The notes under the pieces: generated by a model | Seen by the model: only the letters and a program-made list of their open reading frames with translations | Database searches by the model: none | Told to the model about the DNA's origin: nothing | Shown: positions 47,515-56,853 of the stretch, piece by piece | Layout of the letters: each line of letters begins with the position of its first letter | Position numbering within the stretch: position 1 is the stretch's first letter | Source of the DNA: Pachysolen tannophilus NRRL Y-2460 | Lineage: Eukaryota | Length of the DNA stretch: 64,000 nt | Assembly: GCA_001661245.1 (NCBI GenBank) | Contig: KV454017.1 | Location: 487,061 to 551,060 of the forward strand | Direction: 5' to 3' | Program-made: the position numbers and the translations under genes

Positions 47515-49422
47515 TTAAGAATTTATGGTTTCAGCGCTCATTAAACTTTCAATAATCACTAAGCCAGAACAAGTTGTTGCACAATACCAATTAGGATGGG
47601 TGGTATTTTCATTCCAAGCCACAGAATTAACACATATTTGTGGGGGATGGAACTGAAAATTTAATCCAAGTTCTTTTAATGAGACAGTATTAGTCAGATG
47701 ATTAGTAACTAATCTATATTTGTCTAGTTTCGAGCTATATTCCAACTTAAATAGTCTTACTGTAGGGAAATTAGATGATAGAGCGTTTTTCTTGGTTGAA
47801 ATAATTCTTCCTATAGCATTACACATATTAGCTTCTCCATCAGACGAGCCATTTATAATCATTGGATGTAATCTAGAAGAAGCTAAAGCAGATGTTGTAC
47901 CTTCACTTTTCAAAATATTTTGACAATAAGCACTATCTCTTTTCGTAAATATCTTTGTAAGTTGAGATCCTTCATTAATGGCAAATGTATCAAGACGAGG
48001 TGAATAACAACTTTGAGATAAAAAAGTTTTGTTTTTAGAAGGAAAAGATATCAAATTTCTTAAATCATTTAAATCAACTATAATATTAGTATCCAAAGAA
48101 CCAACAAATATTATTTTATTTGATAATTGATATTCTCCACTTGATGAAAATGATGGATCATGATCAAAATAGTAATCACTATAATTTGTAGTTATTGAAG
48201 TAATATGATGTGTTAATAATGGATGAACAAAACTTGGTGATTTCGTTTCCAAATTATACTCTAAAATGCAACCATCTGAGGTACCAGCAATTATAGATTT
48301 ATTAGATATGAAATCAAAAGCAGTAATTTTAGTTTCTGGAATAGCTATTGTAAAAGAAGCTTCTTTTATTAATATGAATTCTGGATCTTTTGATGTATGT
48401 TTTGGGATTTTTAAAAATCTTATTGTACCATCAGTACATATACCCACGACGATACCTATTATATTTGGATCTGATTTATTTTTCCAAGGTAGCCATTTTA
48501 AAGAAAACATTATACCAAATTGGAAAATATATGATTTTATTAAACTTAATTGAAAATTTTCAGAATTTAAAGTATAAATATGTAAACCACCATATTCTTC
48601 TTTTAAAGAATTTTTTGGTTCATTAAATAAACTTAAAGATTGATTTGTTATATCAAATTTATTTGATAAAGATATAGCTAAATATTGAGATGGTGAAAAA
48701 TTTTGATTAAATTCAATTGGTTCAGTAAACCATGAACTTGAAATTGGCAAACCACCAGTATTTAATACAAATCCTTGTCTAATATTTGAAGATTTTATTA
48801 TAGGAAAATAAGAAGCTGCACCAGGTTGTAATAAAATATTATTTTCATCAGAATTAAAATTTAAATTCAATTTATTATGTAATGGGAATAATTTATCAAA
48901 TTCTTCAAATTTTAATAAAAATTGATTTAATTTTTTGAAAAAAATTGTATTTTCTTGTAAATCATTGATATTTAAATTTTTAATAATTTTATTATTTAAA
49001 TGAAAAATATTGTAATTCCAATCATTTCTTGTTTTTAAAACTTTATTTAAAACATCTTGATTATATCCATAAAGATAAAGAAACTTATCTTTTAAATTGA
49101 AACTAGCTTTATGAATTGTAAATGGGTTATTATTAAAAAATGGATTTTCAGTATTTAACAGTGAATTTTCATATAAATCATTTGAAAATTTTTTTAAAAT
49201 TGAAATTGAATTATTTTTATCAATTTTGGTGGTATTCTTTTTACGATTATCATTCTTCTTTGGCTTAAACCCATAACCATCTAACTCATCAGAATTCTGG
49301 AAATTTAAAGTATTATTATTATTATTATAATTATCATTCTCTACCAAATCTTTAATTCCATCTTTATCATCTCGCAGTGGTCTACCACGTTTACGTTTTT
49401 TGGGTAAAGTATCTTTTACCAT
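47515..49422 (-). CDS. TFC6: TFIIIC subunit tau91 (AT-hook + WD40)
   Basis: N-terminal KRKRGRP, RQGFVLNTGGLP...W, DGTIRF, LASSRLHPMIINGSSDG, C-terminal VAWNEN.....WY....SGLVIIE. Confidence 0.8.
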   Translation of the reverse strand: MVKDTLPKKRKRGRPLRDDKDGIKDLVENDNYNNNNNTLNFQNSDELDGYGFKPKKNDNRKKNTTKIDKNNSISILKKFSNDLYENSLLNTENPFFNNNPFTIHKASFNLKDKFLYLYGYNQDVLNKVLKTRNDWNYNIFHLNNKIIKNLNINDLQENTIFFKKLNQFLLKFEEFDKLFPLHNKLNLNFNSDENNILLQPGAASYFPIIKSSNIRQGFVLNTGGLPISSSWFTEPIEFNQNFSPSQYLAISLSNKFDITNQSLSLFNEPKNSLKEEYGGLHIYTLNSENFQLSLIKSYIFQFGIMFSLKWLPWKNKSDPNIIGIVVGICTDGTIRFLKIPKHTSKDPEFILIKEASFTIAIPETKITAFDFISNKSIIAGTSDGCILEYNLETKSPSFVHPLLTHHITSITTNYSDYYFDHDPSFSSSGEYQLSNKIIFVGSLDTNIIVDLNDLRNLISFPSKNKTFLSQSCYSPRLDTFAINEGSQLTKIFTKRDSAYCQNILKSEGTTSALASSRLHPMIINGSSDGEANMCNAIGRIISTKKNALSSNFPTVRLFKLEYSSKLDKYRLVTNHLTNTVSLKELGLNFQFHPPQICVNSVAWNENTTHPNWYCATTCSGLVIIESLMSAETINS

Positions 49423-49679
49423 TTTACTTGCAACACTAACTCCAATTCACAAAATATATCAATACATCAAGATATCAATATATCACTTTCCAATAGCACC
49501 CAGTGATCAATTTTTAGTGCTCAAGTCCCAGTACCCAATTCCCAGTTACCAGTGCCCGATCCGAATAAAATCAATCAATTGTTTGTAAACAAACAAATTA
49601 TAATTAGATAAAAGATTTAACCCCAGATCACATACAAAAAGTACTCATTACGAGATTTACAGTAGTAAAATAAAAACAA

Positions 49680-49697
49680 ATTTCCTAATTAGGAAAT
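49680..49697. promoter_or_regulatory. perfect palindromic Mcm1 site
   Basis: ATTTCCTAATTAGGAAAT, an 18-bp perfect palindrome containing the CC(A/T)6GG box. Confidence 0.75.
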
Positions 49698-50041
49698 AAT
49701 TTGTATTCGATCACAACACCCCAAGAGCAAAACTACTTAATCAGGAAATTAATGTGTATAAGTAACCAAAAAAAAAATTATTTTTTGAAAATTTACCCTT
49801 ACAGTTCATTTCACTGGTTATGGTTTATCAGTTTCCTGACTTTGTTCCTCCAGCTTCAGTTTTTTGGCTTTTTTACTTCAACTCTAGCTAACCACTTACG
49901 TTATCTGGTGTGTTTTTGTTACTGTTTTTGTTTATCGCTGAAAATTTCAGCGAAAAAAAAAAAAAATTAAGGGGCTTTTTGTGATTGTAGCACACGACTA
50001 ATTGTTTTTCTTGGTAGTGTTTATTTATACTAAAAAAAGTA

Positions 50042-50072
50042 AAACTGTGGCGCATCTTAATATCACGTGATA
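50042..50072. promoter_or_regulatory. sulfur-regulon (Met4) module: Met31/32 site AAACTGTGG and Cbf1 site TCACGTGA
   Basis: AAACTGTGG at 50042-50 and TATCACGTGATA at 50061-72, about 150 bp upstream of a trans-sulfuration enzyme. Confidence 0.85.
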
Positions 50073-50222
50073 CAGTTTCTTTTTCTTTGACTATATGAAG
50101 AAATGTTAGAGAAGAACTGTTCCAAGTCAAATGATTACCATCTAGATGAAATCAGAAATTGAGATATAAGTTAGTTATCTTTAGAAGAGAAAGAGAAATA
50201 GAAATAGAAATAAAAAAAAAAA

Positions 50223-51371
50223 ATGGTTGGTTTAGGAACAAATTTGATTCATGGAGATGATTCTTTATCGAGAGTGCCAGATGTGGTTCAACCGATTAAT
50301 GTATCTACTACTTATAGATATGATGATGATCCAGATAAGTTGAGAATTGCTGCAGAAAGAGGTGATGAAATTATTGGAGTTCCTTATTATTCGAGGTTAT
50401 CACATCCGAATAGTGAGAAAGTGGAACAATTGCTTCAAGAGGCTGTTTTTGGTAATGATAAACATGTTATTATTTATAATTCAGGTCTTTCTGCATTTTT
50501 TGCAGCATTAACTTTTTTAAATCCAAAAGTATTAGCAATTGGTAAAGGTTATCATGGTTGTCATGGTATTGCTAATATTTTCACTAGGTTAACCCATTTA
50601 AAACAAATTTCATTAGAAGATGATTTTAATCAATTATCAAAAGGTGATGTTATTCATTTAGAAACTCCAGTAAACCCTGAAGGAACTGCTTTTGATATTA
50701 ATTATTTTGCCAATGAGGCTCACAAGAGAGGTGCATACCTTATTGTTGATGCAACATTTGCACCTCCTCCTTTACAAGATCCATTTTTACATGGTGCAGA
50801 TATTGTAATGCATTCAGCAACAAAATATTTTGGAGGTCATTCTGATTTATTAGCAGGTGCTTTAATTACTAAAAATTTAAATTGGAAAGAAAAATTGGTT
50901 TCTGATAGATTATTATTAGGTACAAATATTGCAAATTTAGAAAGTTTCTTCTTACTAAGAAGTTTAAGAACTTATGAATTAAGAATATTAAAACAATCTT
51001 CAAATGCAGAAAATTTGGTCAAATATTTATTTGAAAATATTAATCAATATAAAATATTATCCAATATTTATCACTCTTCTCTACAAAATGAACAATTTGT
51101 TAAAGATCAATTAACTGGTGGTCATAGTCCAACATTTAGTATTCTATTAACTGATGAAAAACTTGCAAGAATCTTACCTTCAAAATTAAAATATTTCCAT
51201 CATGCTACTTCATTGGGTGGTGTTGAAAGTTTAATAGAATGGAGAGCAATGAGTGATACAGAAATTAGTACAAAATTATTAAGAGTTAGTGTTGGAATCG
51301 AAAACATTGCAGATCTCATTAATGATTTCCATCAAGCTCTCAAATCTCTAGAAAATATAGAAACTGTTTAA
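50223..51371 (+). CDS. PLP-dependent Cys/Met metabolism enzyme (cystathionine beta/gamma-lyase family, YHR112C-like)
   Basis: VVQPINVSTTY, YYSRLSHPN, HLETPVNP, VDATFAPP, PLP-lysine motif HSATKYFGGHSDL, HATSLGGVESLIEWR, LLRVSVGIE. Confidence 0.92.
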   Translation: MVGLGTNLIHGDDSLSRVPDVVQPINVSTTYRYDDDPDKLRIAAERGDEIIGVPYYSRLSHPNSEKVEQLLQEAVFGNDKHVIIYNSGLSAFFAALTFLNPKVLAIGKGYHGCHGIANIFTRLTHLKQISLEDDFNQLSKGDVIHLETPVNPEGTAFDINYFANEAHKRGAYLIVDATFAPPPLQDPFLHGADIVMHSATKYFGGHSDLLAGALITKNLNWKEKLVSDRLLLGTNIANLESFFLLRSLRTYELRILKQSSNAENLVKYLFENINQYKILSNIYHSSLQNEQFVKDQLTGGHSPTFSILLTDEKLARILPSKLKYFHHATSLGGVESLIEWRAMSDTEISTKLLRVSVGIENIADLINDFHQALKSLENIETV

Positions 51372-51536
51372 AACTAAATTAAATTAAATTAAATTAAACT
51401 AAAACTAACTTCTCAAGTAGTGTAAATAAATTTTACATTCTAATGTTTTTTTTAATGAGGTGTTGCAATAGTAATCGTAGTAATTGAAGATAAAAGATTA
51501 TTATAATTAAATCTCTTTTTTAAATAAAAGTTAAGA

Positions 51537-52655
51537 ATGGTATTGGTAGGTGGTAGTAGCTCTATGAAGAGTTATGTTGCTGTTTGGGTGTGGTTGTGGG
51601 TTTTTCTTGGTACGGCAAGAGCAACAGATGATGATGTTTCATATTCATTTCCATCAATTTTTTTTTCTGAACAACTTATCCCTGGATTATTGAATAAGCA
51701 ACATTTGAAAAATAATATATATGGAGTTAATGAACTTACATCTATTATAAAATCATCTGTTTCTGAGTGTACTTCAGATGCTTATTTTTTAATAAATCAA
51801 CCTGGATTAAAATTATCAGATTTTGAAGATTTTAAAGATTTTGGATACTTGAGAGCTTTTATTAGTAGATCTTCTTCAATTTTCCCATCACCAAATACAA
51901 TTACACATGATCAAGGTTTAAATTTGGATATAATTGAATCATATATTAAATCACATTGTAAGACGGATACATATAGAGTTGTTAATGATAACGAGGCTGA
52001 GGTTCCTCATTATATAGATATTAAAAAGAGAATCATAAGAATTGAATTTAGTCCCTTACCTGAAAATCCAGAAGCAAGAAAGAATACATTAATTGAACAT
52101 GACATGGTATTTCATAATATTGCTAGAAGATTACCTTCACCACACTATTTTGTCTTATTTACAACAGATGAATTAAGAGAATTTAATCCAGAAAAATCAA
52201 AAAATCTTGATTTATTAGAAGAATTCCCAGATTATTTAGTTTCTCTTGATCAATTAACTGATTCTCAATTTAAAAAAATTTATGATAATTCAATTTTTCC
52301 AGATTTAACATTATTTGATAAATCTAGAACCGTTGAAATGGAAAGAAATGCAAGAGTAAAACAAGCAGATGTTAGACCTGAATTTCCTAAACCTAGATTG
52401 AAAAATGAAAAAGTAACTAGTTTTATTAACGAAGAAATAATTAATGATCGTTTTAACAAAGATATAGATGATATCCCTCATATCTTTGATAAAGATTTAA
52501 TATTAGAAAATCAATTCTTAGTTTTAACTGGTATATGCATCGCTTCTTTACTTTCAATGTGGTATTTTTTCAAAATTGTAATTTTTGGCTTAAAAAATAT
52601 GGGAATAACATTTAAAAGCTCCAAAAATACTAAAAAAACACTAAAGAAAGAATGA
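51537..52655 (+). CDS. BIG1: ER type-I membrane protein Big1 (beta-1,6-glucan synthesis)
   Basis: Signal peptide, ECTSDAYFLINQPGL...DF motif, RRLPSP, C-terminal transmembrane helix and dilysine-type tail. Confidence 0.7.
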   Translation: MVLVGGSSSMKSYVAVWVWLWVFLGTARATDDDVSYSFPSIFFSEQLIPGLLNKQHLKNNIYGVNELTSIIKSSVSECTSDAYFLINQPGLKLSDFEDFKDFGYLRAFISRSSSIFPSPNTITHDQGLNLDIIESYIKSHCKTDTYRVVNDNEAEVPHYIDIKKRIIRIEFSPLPENPEARKNTLIEHDMVFHNIARRLPSPHYFVLFTTDELREFNPEKSKNLDLLEEFPDYLVSLDQLTDSQFKKIYDNSIFPDLTLFDKSRTVEMERNARVKQADVRPEFPKPRLKNEKVTSFINEEIINDRFNKDIDDIPHIFDKDLILENQFLVLTGICIASLLSMWYFFKIVIFGLKNMGITFKSSKNTKKTLKKE

Positions 52656-52787
52656 ATAACTAATTTACACAAGAAACCAATAGTTTAGTCTCTCCGACGA
52701 CTTTGAATTTTTGAAAAAGAAAAGAATCATTTCTTATCATATATAGTTTTATCTTTATATCTTTTAAAATGTATATGATATAGACAC

Positions 52788-52803
52788 TTTCCTAAACTGG
52801 AAA
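52788..52803. promoter_or_regulatory. candidate Mcm1 site upstream of ESC2
   Basis: TTTCCTAAACTGGAAA; shares 14 nt with the site upstream of MDN1. Confidence 0.5.
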
Positions 52804-52974
52804 CAGTTTTCTCTTAAACTTTTCACAAATATATATATAAATATATATATATATAGATACAGATATATTTTGAAACACTGAATAATTGTAAAGTTGACTT
52901 TGGTATAAACTGATAAATCCAATATAGAACTGAGCACTATTAGTTGTTATATCTTGTTGCTTATAAAGTTCAGG

Positions 52975-54585
52975 ATGACTGATGGTGGTAATAATAATTT
53001 TGAGATTTCAATAAAGCCATCCACGATGAAAAAGATAAAAGTTCAAAAACAGATTGATTATCAAGATGAGACAGCGTTAACAATAGATCTGATCGAAGAC
53101 GATAGTTTTGATTTGAAGGAGGTGGTTACGGAAGATGATTCTGGTATGGAGTCAAATACTATGGATACTGGAAGGCGCCATAATATTGTAAGTCGAAAGG
53201 AGGAGGATAATTTATTAAATTTACAACCGAATGAAAATAGTATAGATACTGATACCAACTTCATACTGAAAGAATCTAAAGATAATTCAAATTCTATTGA
53301 AAGCCGATCATTGAAAAAAAATTCTAAACTTAAGAGAAAGAAGTTACAATCAGTAGAGGATGATTTTTTCGCATATCATGATGATGGTGACGATATACCT
53401 ATGAAGAAGAAGAAGAAACTTAAAAAGAAAAAACATCATTCGGAAAATTTGTTTTCAACGTCTAGTATCCCACCAAGTCCTTCCGAATCACCATCTCATC
53501 ATTTGAATTCTGTTATTTCACCTATACAATCGCTGGCGGCTTCTTCTACTAATTCACCAGGTAGATATACTCAAGTGGCTGATAATAATAATGATAACAA
53601 AAAAATCTTGAAAAGAGACGTTACTCCACCACCAGCACCTCCAGCTCCTGTAACAATTGTACAAAACGCCGCTATTACTAACTCTGCATTAGGTAATATG
53701 TCCCCAGAAATTGAAACTATCGATACTGATTGTGAAATTACAGAATCTTTCCTCCCAGAATTCGAATATAAGGTACCTAAATTATCTGATCTAGAAATAT
53801 TTTCAAGATTACAATCACCACTGACACTGATTCTGGGTGATATTAACAACTTAAAGCAACCTTGTTTCAAGGAAAAATTCAAGTTGAATATCGATTTAAA
53901 TTATGTAGGATTCACAAAGAGTATACAGTTAATGGTCAAAGGTGGTACCAAAATTGGAAAGTTAATTGATACAATAGTTGAGTATATTCGTTCTAATCTA
54001 AATGAAAGCTTTTCAGAAACTTTAGTCTTAGTTTTCAATAAGATCAAATTAAACAATATCATGAAATTAGGATCAATCCTACAATTATCAAACAAGCTTT
54101 CCAAAAATGAGCTTGAAAACTGCTACGAGGTGAACTTGTCATTGATATCTCTCAATGTATTTGAAACTATGCAAGAAGCAGATTTCATAAATTTACAGAA
54201 TAAGCTTAAAGAAGATAAAGAACTAGAATTTAACCCAGATACAGAAGATTTTTCAAATAATAATTACCAAAAAATAGATTTATCAGAATTAGAAAAATTG
54301 GCCGAAATAAATTCTTCTTCTTCATTTTCTTCTTCCCTGAAAAAAAATTGTGGAGAATATGAAGGTGGATTCCAAGTAATATTAAAATCAAGTGAAAAAA
54401 ATAAAATATCTTTAAAAATACATCCAAAGATGAAAATTTTAGAAATTAAAAATTTTTTTTTACAAAAATTCCCAGAAATATCAAATTGCAAACTCCTCTT
54501 TGATGATGATGAATTAGATCTAGATGATACTGTGGAAAATACTGAATTAGAACAAGATTTCATCATCGATATTATTCCAATATAA
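52975..54585 (+). CDS. ESC2: SUMO-like-domain protein, Esc2/Rad60 (RENi) family
   Basis: Disordered N-terminus with EDDFF and a Lys-rich NLS; two C-terminal ubiquitin/SUMO-like folds ending KLLFDDDELDLDDTVENTELEQDFIIDII; near TFC6 and ESF1 as in S. cerevisiae. Confidence 0.72.
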   Translation: MTDGGNNNFEISIKPSTMKKIKVQKQIDYQDETALTIDLIEDDSFDLKEVVTEDDSGMESNTMDTGRRHNIVSRKEEDNLLNLQPNENSIDTDTNFILKESKDNSNSIESRSLKKNSKLKRKKLQSVEDDFFAYHDDGDDIPMKKKKKLKKKKHHSENLFSTSSIPPSPSESPSHHLNSVISPIQSLAASSTNSPGRYTQVADNNNDNKKILKRDVTPPPAPPAPVTIVQNAAITNSALGNMSPEIETIDTDCEITESFLPEFEYKVPKLSDLEIFSRLQSPLTLILGDINNLKQPCFKEKFKLNIDLNYVGFTKSIQLMVKGGTKIGKLIDTIVEYIRSNLNESFSETLVLVFNKIKLNNIMKLGSILQLSNKLSKNELENCYEVNLSLISLNVFETMQEADFINLQNKLKEDKELEFNPDTEDFSNNNYQKIDLSELEKLAEINSSSSFSSSLKKNCGEYEGGFQVILKSSEKNKISLKIHPKMKILEIKNFFLQKFPEISNCKLLFDDDELDLDDTVENTELEQDFIIDIIPI

Positions 54586-54610
54586 AAAGTTCATTTAAAC
54601 CATTTTAAAC

Positions 54611-54617
54611 TGAGTCA
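54611..54617. promoter_or_regulatory. Gcn4 binding site upstream of LEU4
   Basis: TGAGTCA about 190 bp upstream of an amino-acid biosynthesis gene. Confidence 0.7.
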
Positions 54618-54806
54618 TACTTTTAATTTTTCACTCACGACTGAAAAATAGTCAAAAAATTTTCACTACAAAGACAATTTGTATTTTTCAAGGTATTAAT
54701 TATTTTTTAATTGTAGTATTCCCAAGATATTTTTATTTTTCACTGTGAAGGATTTTCAGTTATTGGGATTAGCTTTAAAAAGTTAAGTTATAGGTAACTT
54801 TTGGCT

Positions 54807-56618
54807 ATGTTTAAAAAAACAGTGGTTGCTTTTCAAAAAAGCGCAATTTTGAAGGAAGGAGTGGTGACAGCATATAAGAATCTTTTGAAAGATCCATCTT
54901 TGAAGTATAAGCTGCTGCCAAAGATTAATTTGAGTAATCGTCAGTGGCCTTCAAAGACCATAGAAAGGGCACCTAGATGGTTGTCTACAGATTTGAGGGA
55001 TGGTAACCAGTCTTTACCAGATCCGATGTCAGTGGAACAGAAGAAAAAATATTTCCATAAATTGATTGAGCTTGGTTTTAAAGAAATTGAGGTTTCTTTT
55101 CCATCGGCTTCTCAAACAGATTTTGATTTTACAAGATATGCAGTTGAAAATGCACCAGAAGATGTTTCCATTCAAGTCTTGACTCAGTCGAGAGAACACT
55201 TGATTAGAAGAACTGTGGAGAGTGTTAAAGGTGCTAAACGTGCTACTATCCATACGTATTTGGCTACTTCTGATTTATTTAGAGATGTTGTGTTTAACAT
55301 GAGTCAGGAAGATGCTATAAAAAAGGCTATTGAGACCACAAAGTTGATAAGGTCCTTGACTAAAGATCATCCAGATATGCAAGAAACTCGTTGGTCATAC
55401 GAATTTTCACCTGAATGTTTCTCAGATACTCCAGTGAAATTTGCTGTTGAAATTTGTGAAGCCGTTAAACAAGTATGGGAACCAACAGTAGATAACCCTA
55501 TTATTTTTAATTTGCCAGCAACAGTTGAAGTTGCTTCTCCAAACATTTATGCAGATCAAATAGAATATTTCTCTACTCATATTTCTGAAAGAGAAAAAGT
55601 TTGTATTTCTTTACATCCACATAATGACAGAGGCTGTGCAGTTGCTGCTGCTGAACTAGGTTTGTTAGCTGGTGGTGATAGGATAGAAGGATGTTTATTC
55701 GGTAATGGTGAAAGAACAGGTAATATTGATTTGGTAACAGCAGCTTTAAATATGTATACTCATGGTATTTCTCCAAACTTGGATTTTTCAGATATGGACT
55801 CTGTTGTTGCTATTGTTGAGGAATGTAATAAGATACCAGTTCATCCAAGAGCTCCTTATGGTGGGTCTTTGGTTGTTTGTGCTTTCAGTGGTTCCCATCA
55901 AGATGCTATTAAAAAAGGTTTTACTAAACAACAGGAAAGATGGAGTAAAAATGACGATAAATATTGGGCTATTCCATATTTACCAATTGATCCAAAGGAT
56001 ATCGGAAGAAACTATGAGGCAATTATTAGAGTTAACTCACAATCAGGTAAAGGTGGTGCTGCTTGGATCATTTTGAAATCATTAGGTTTGGACCTTCCTA
56101 GAAAATTGCAAATTTCATTTTCAACAGTTGTTCAACATACAGCAGAATCAATGGGCCGTGAATTAAAATCTGAGGAAATTTGTTCATTATTCAAGAAAAA
56201 ATATAATCTCGAAAACGTATCGAATAACACGTTAGAATTGATTGATTTTGATATCGTTAGAACAGCAGATAAAAACGTTAGAAATCTTACTGCTGAAGTT
56301 TCTATCAATGGTAAAATAGAAAAACTTACTGGTTCAGGTAATGGTCCTATATCAACATTTGTTAATGCAATCTCAAAACGTTTGAATACCTACTTGAATG
56401 TTGTGAACTACCATGAACATTCTTTAGGTCAAGGATCAGATACCAAGGCTGTCACATATATTGAATTGTCTAATAATGACAACGACGTTTTGTGGGGTAT
56501 TGGTATTGATGAAGATGTATCAACAGCAGCAATGAATTCTATTCTTGCTGCTGTTAATGTTTTGATCAAAGAAGGAAAGATCAATTTGGAAAAACTGGAA
56601 AAAGTTGCTACCGCTTAA
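54807..56618 (+). CDS. LEU4: 2-isopropylmalate synthase
   Basis: RQWPSK, PRWLSTDLRDGNQSLPDPM, EFSPECFSDT, FNLPATVE, SLHPHNDRG, GCLFGNGERTGN, AFSGSHQDAIKKG, IRVNSQSGKGG, regulatory domain GNGPI. Confidence 0.97.
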   Translation: MFKKTVVAFQKSAILKEGVVTAYKNLLKDPSLKYKLLPKINLSNRQWPSKTIERAPRWLSTDLRDGNQSLPDPMSVEQKKKYFHKLIELGFKEIEVSFPSASQTDFDFTRYAVENAPEDVSIQVLTQSREHLIRRTVESVKGAKRATIHTYLATSDLFRDVVFNMSQEDAIKKAIETTKLIRSLTKDHPDMQETRWSYEFSPECFSDTPVKFAVEICEAVKQVWEPTVDNPIIFNLPATVEVASPNIYADQIEYFSTHISEREKVCISLHPHNDRGCAVAAAELGLLAGGDRIEGCLFGNGERTGNIDLVTAALNMYTHGISPNLDFSDMDSVVAIVEECNKIPVHPRAPYGGSLVVCAFSGSHQDAIKKGFTKQQERWSKNDDKYWAIPYLPIDPKDIGRNYEAIIRVNSQSGKGGAAWIILKSLGLDLPRKLQISFSTVVQHTAESMGRELKSEEICSLFKKKYNLENVSNNTLELIDFDIVRTADKNVRNLTAEVSINGKIEKLTGSGNGPISTFVNAISKRLNTYLNVVNYHEHSLGQGSDTKAVTYIELSNNDNDVLWGIGIDEDVSTAAMNSILAAVNVLIKEGKINLEKLEKVATA

Positions 56619-56853
56619 ATTTAATATCCCTTGATATTCTGGTTGTTTATATTGTTTAACATGGCCGCAAAGTCGAGCTTGTGTTAATTAGACTTTAAAA
56701 ATGTTTATTTATTTCTGAAAAAAAAAAGTTTACCTATATTTATATTTTTAATTTACATTATTGCTTTTAAAAATTGCTGAATTAACCATCATATCAACCG
56801 TAGGAAATAATCTAACTCAATTGGAAATATTAGGTGTAATCACCAGCTCTACA

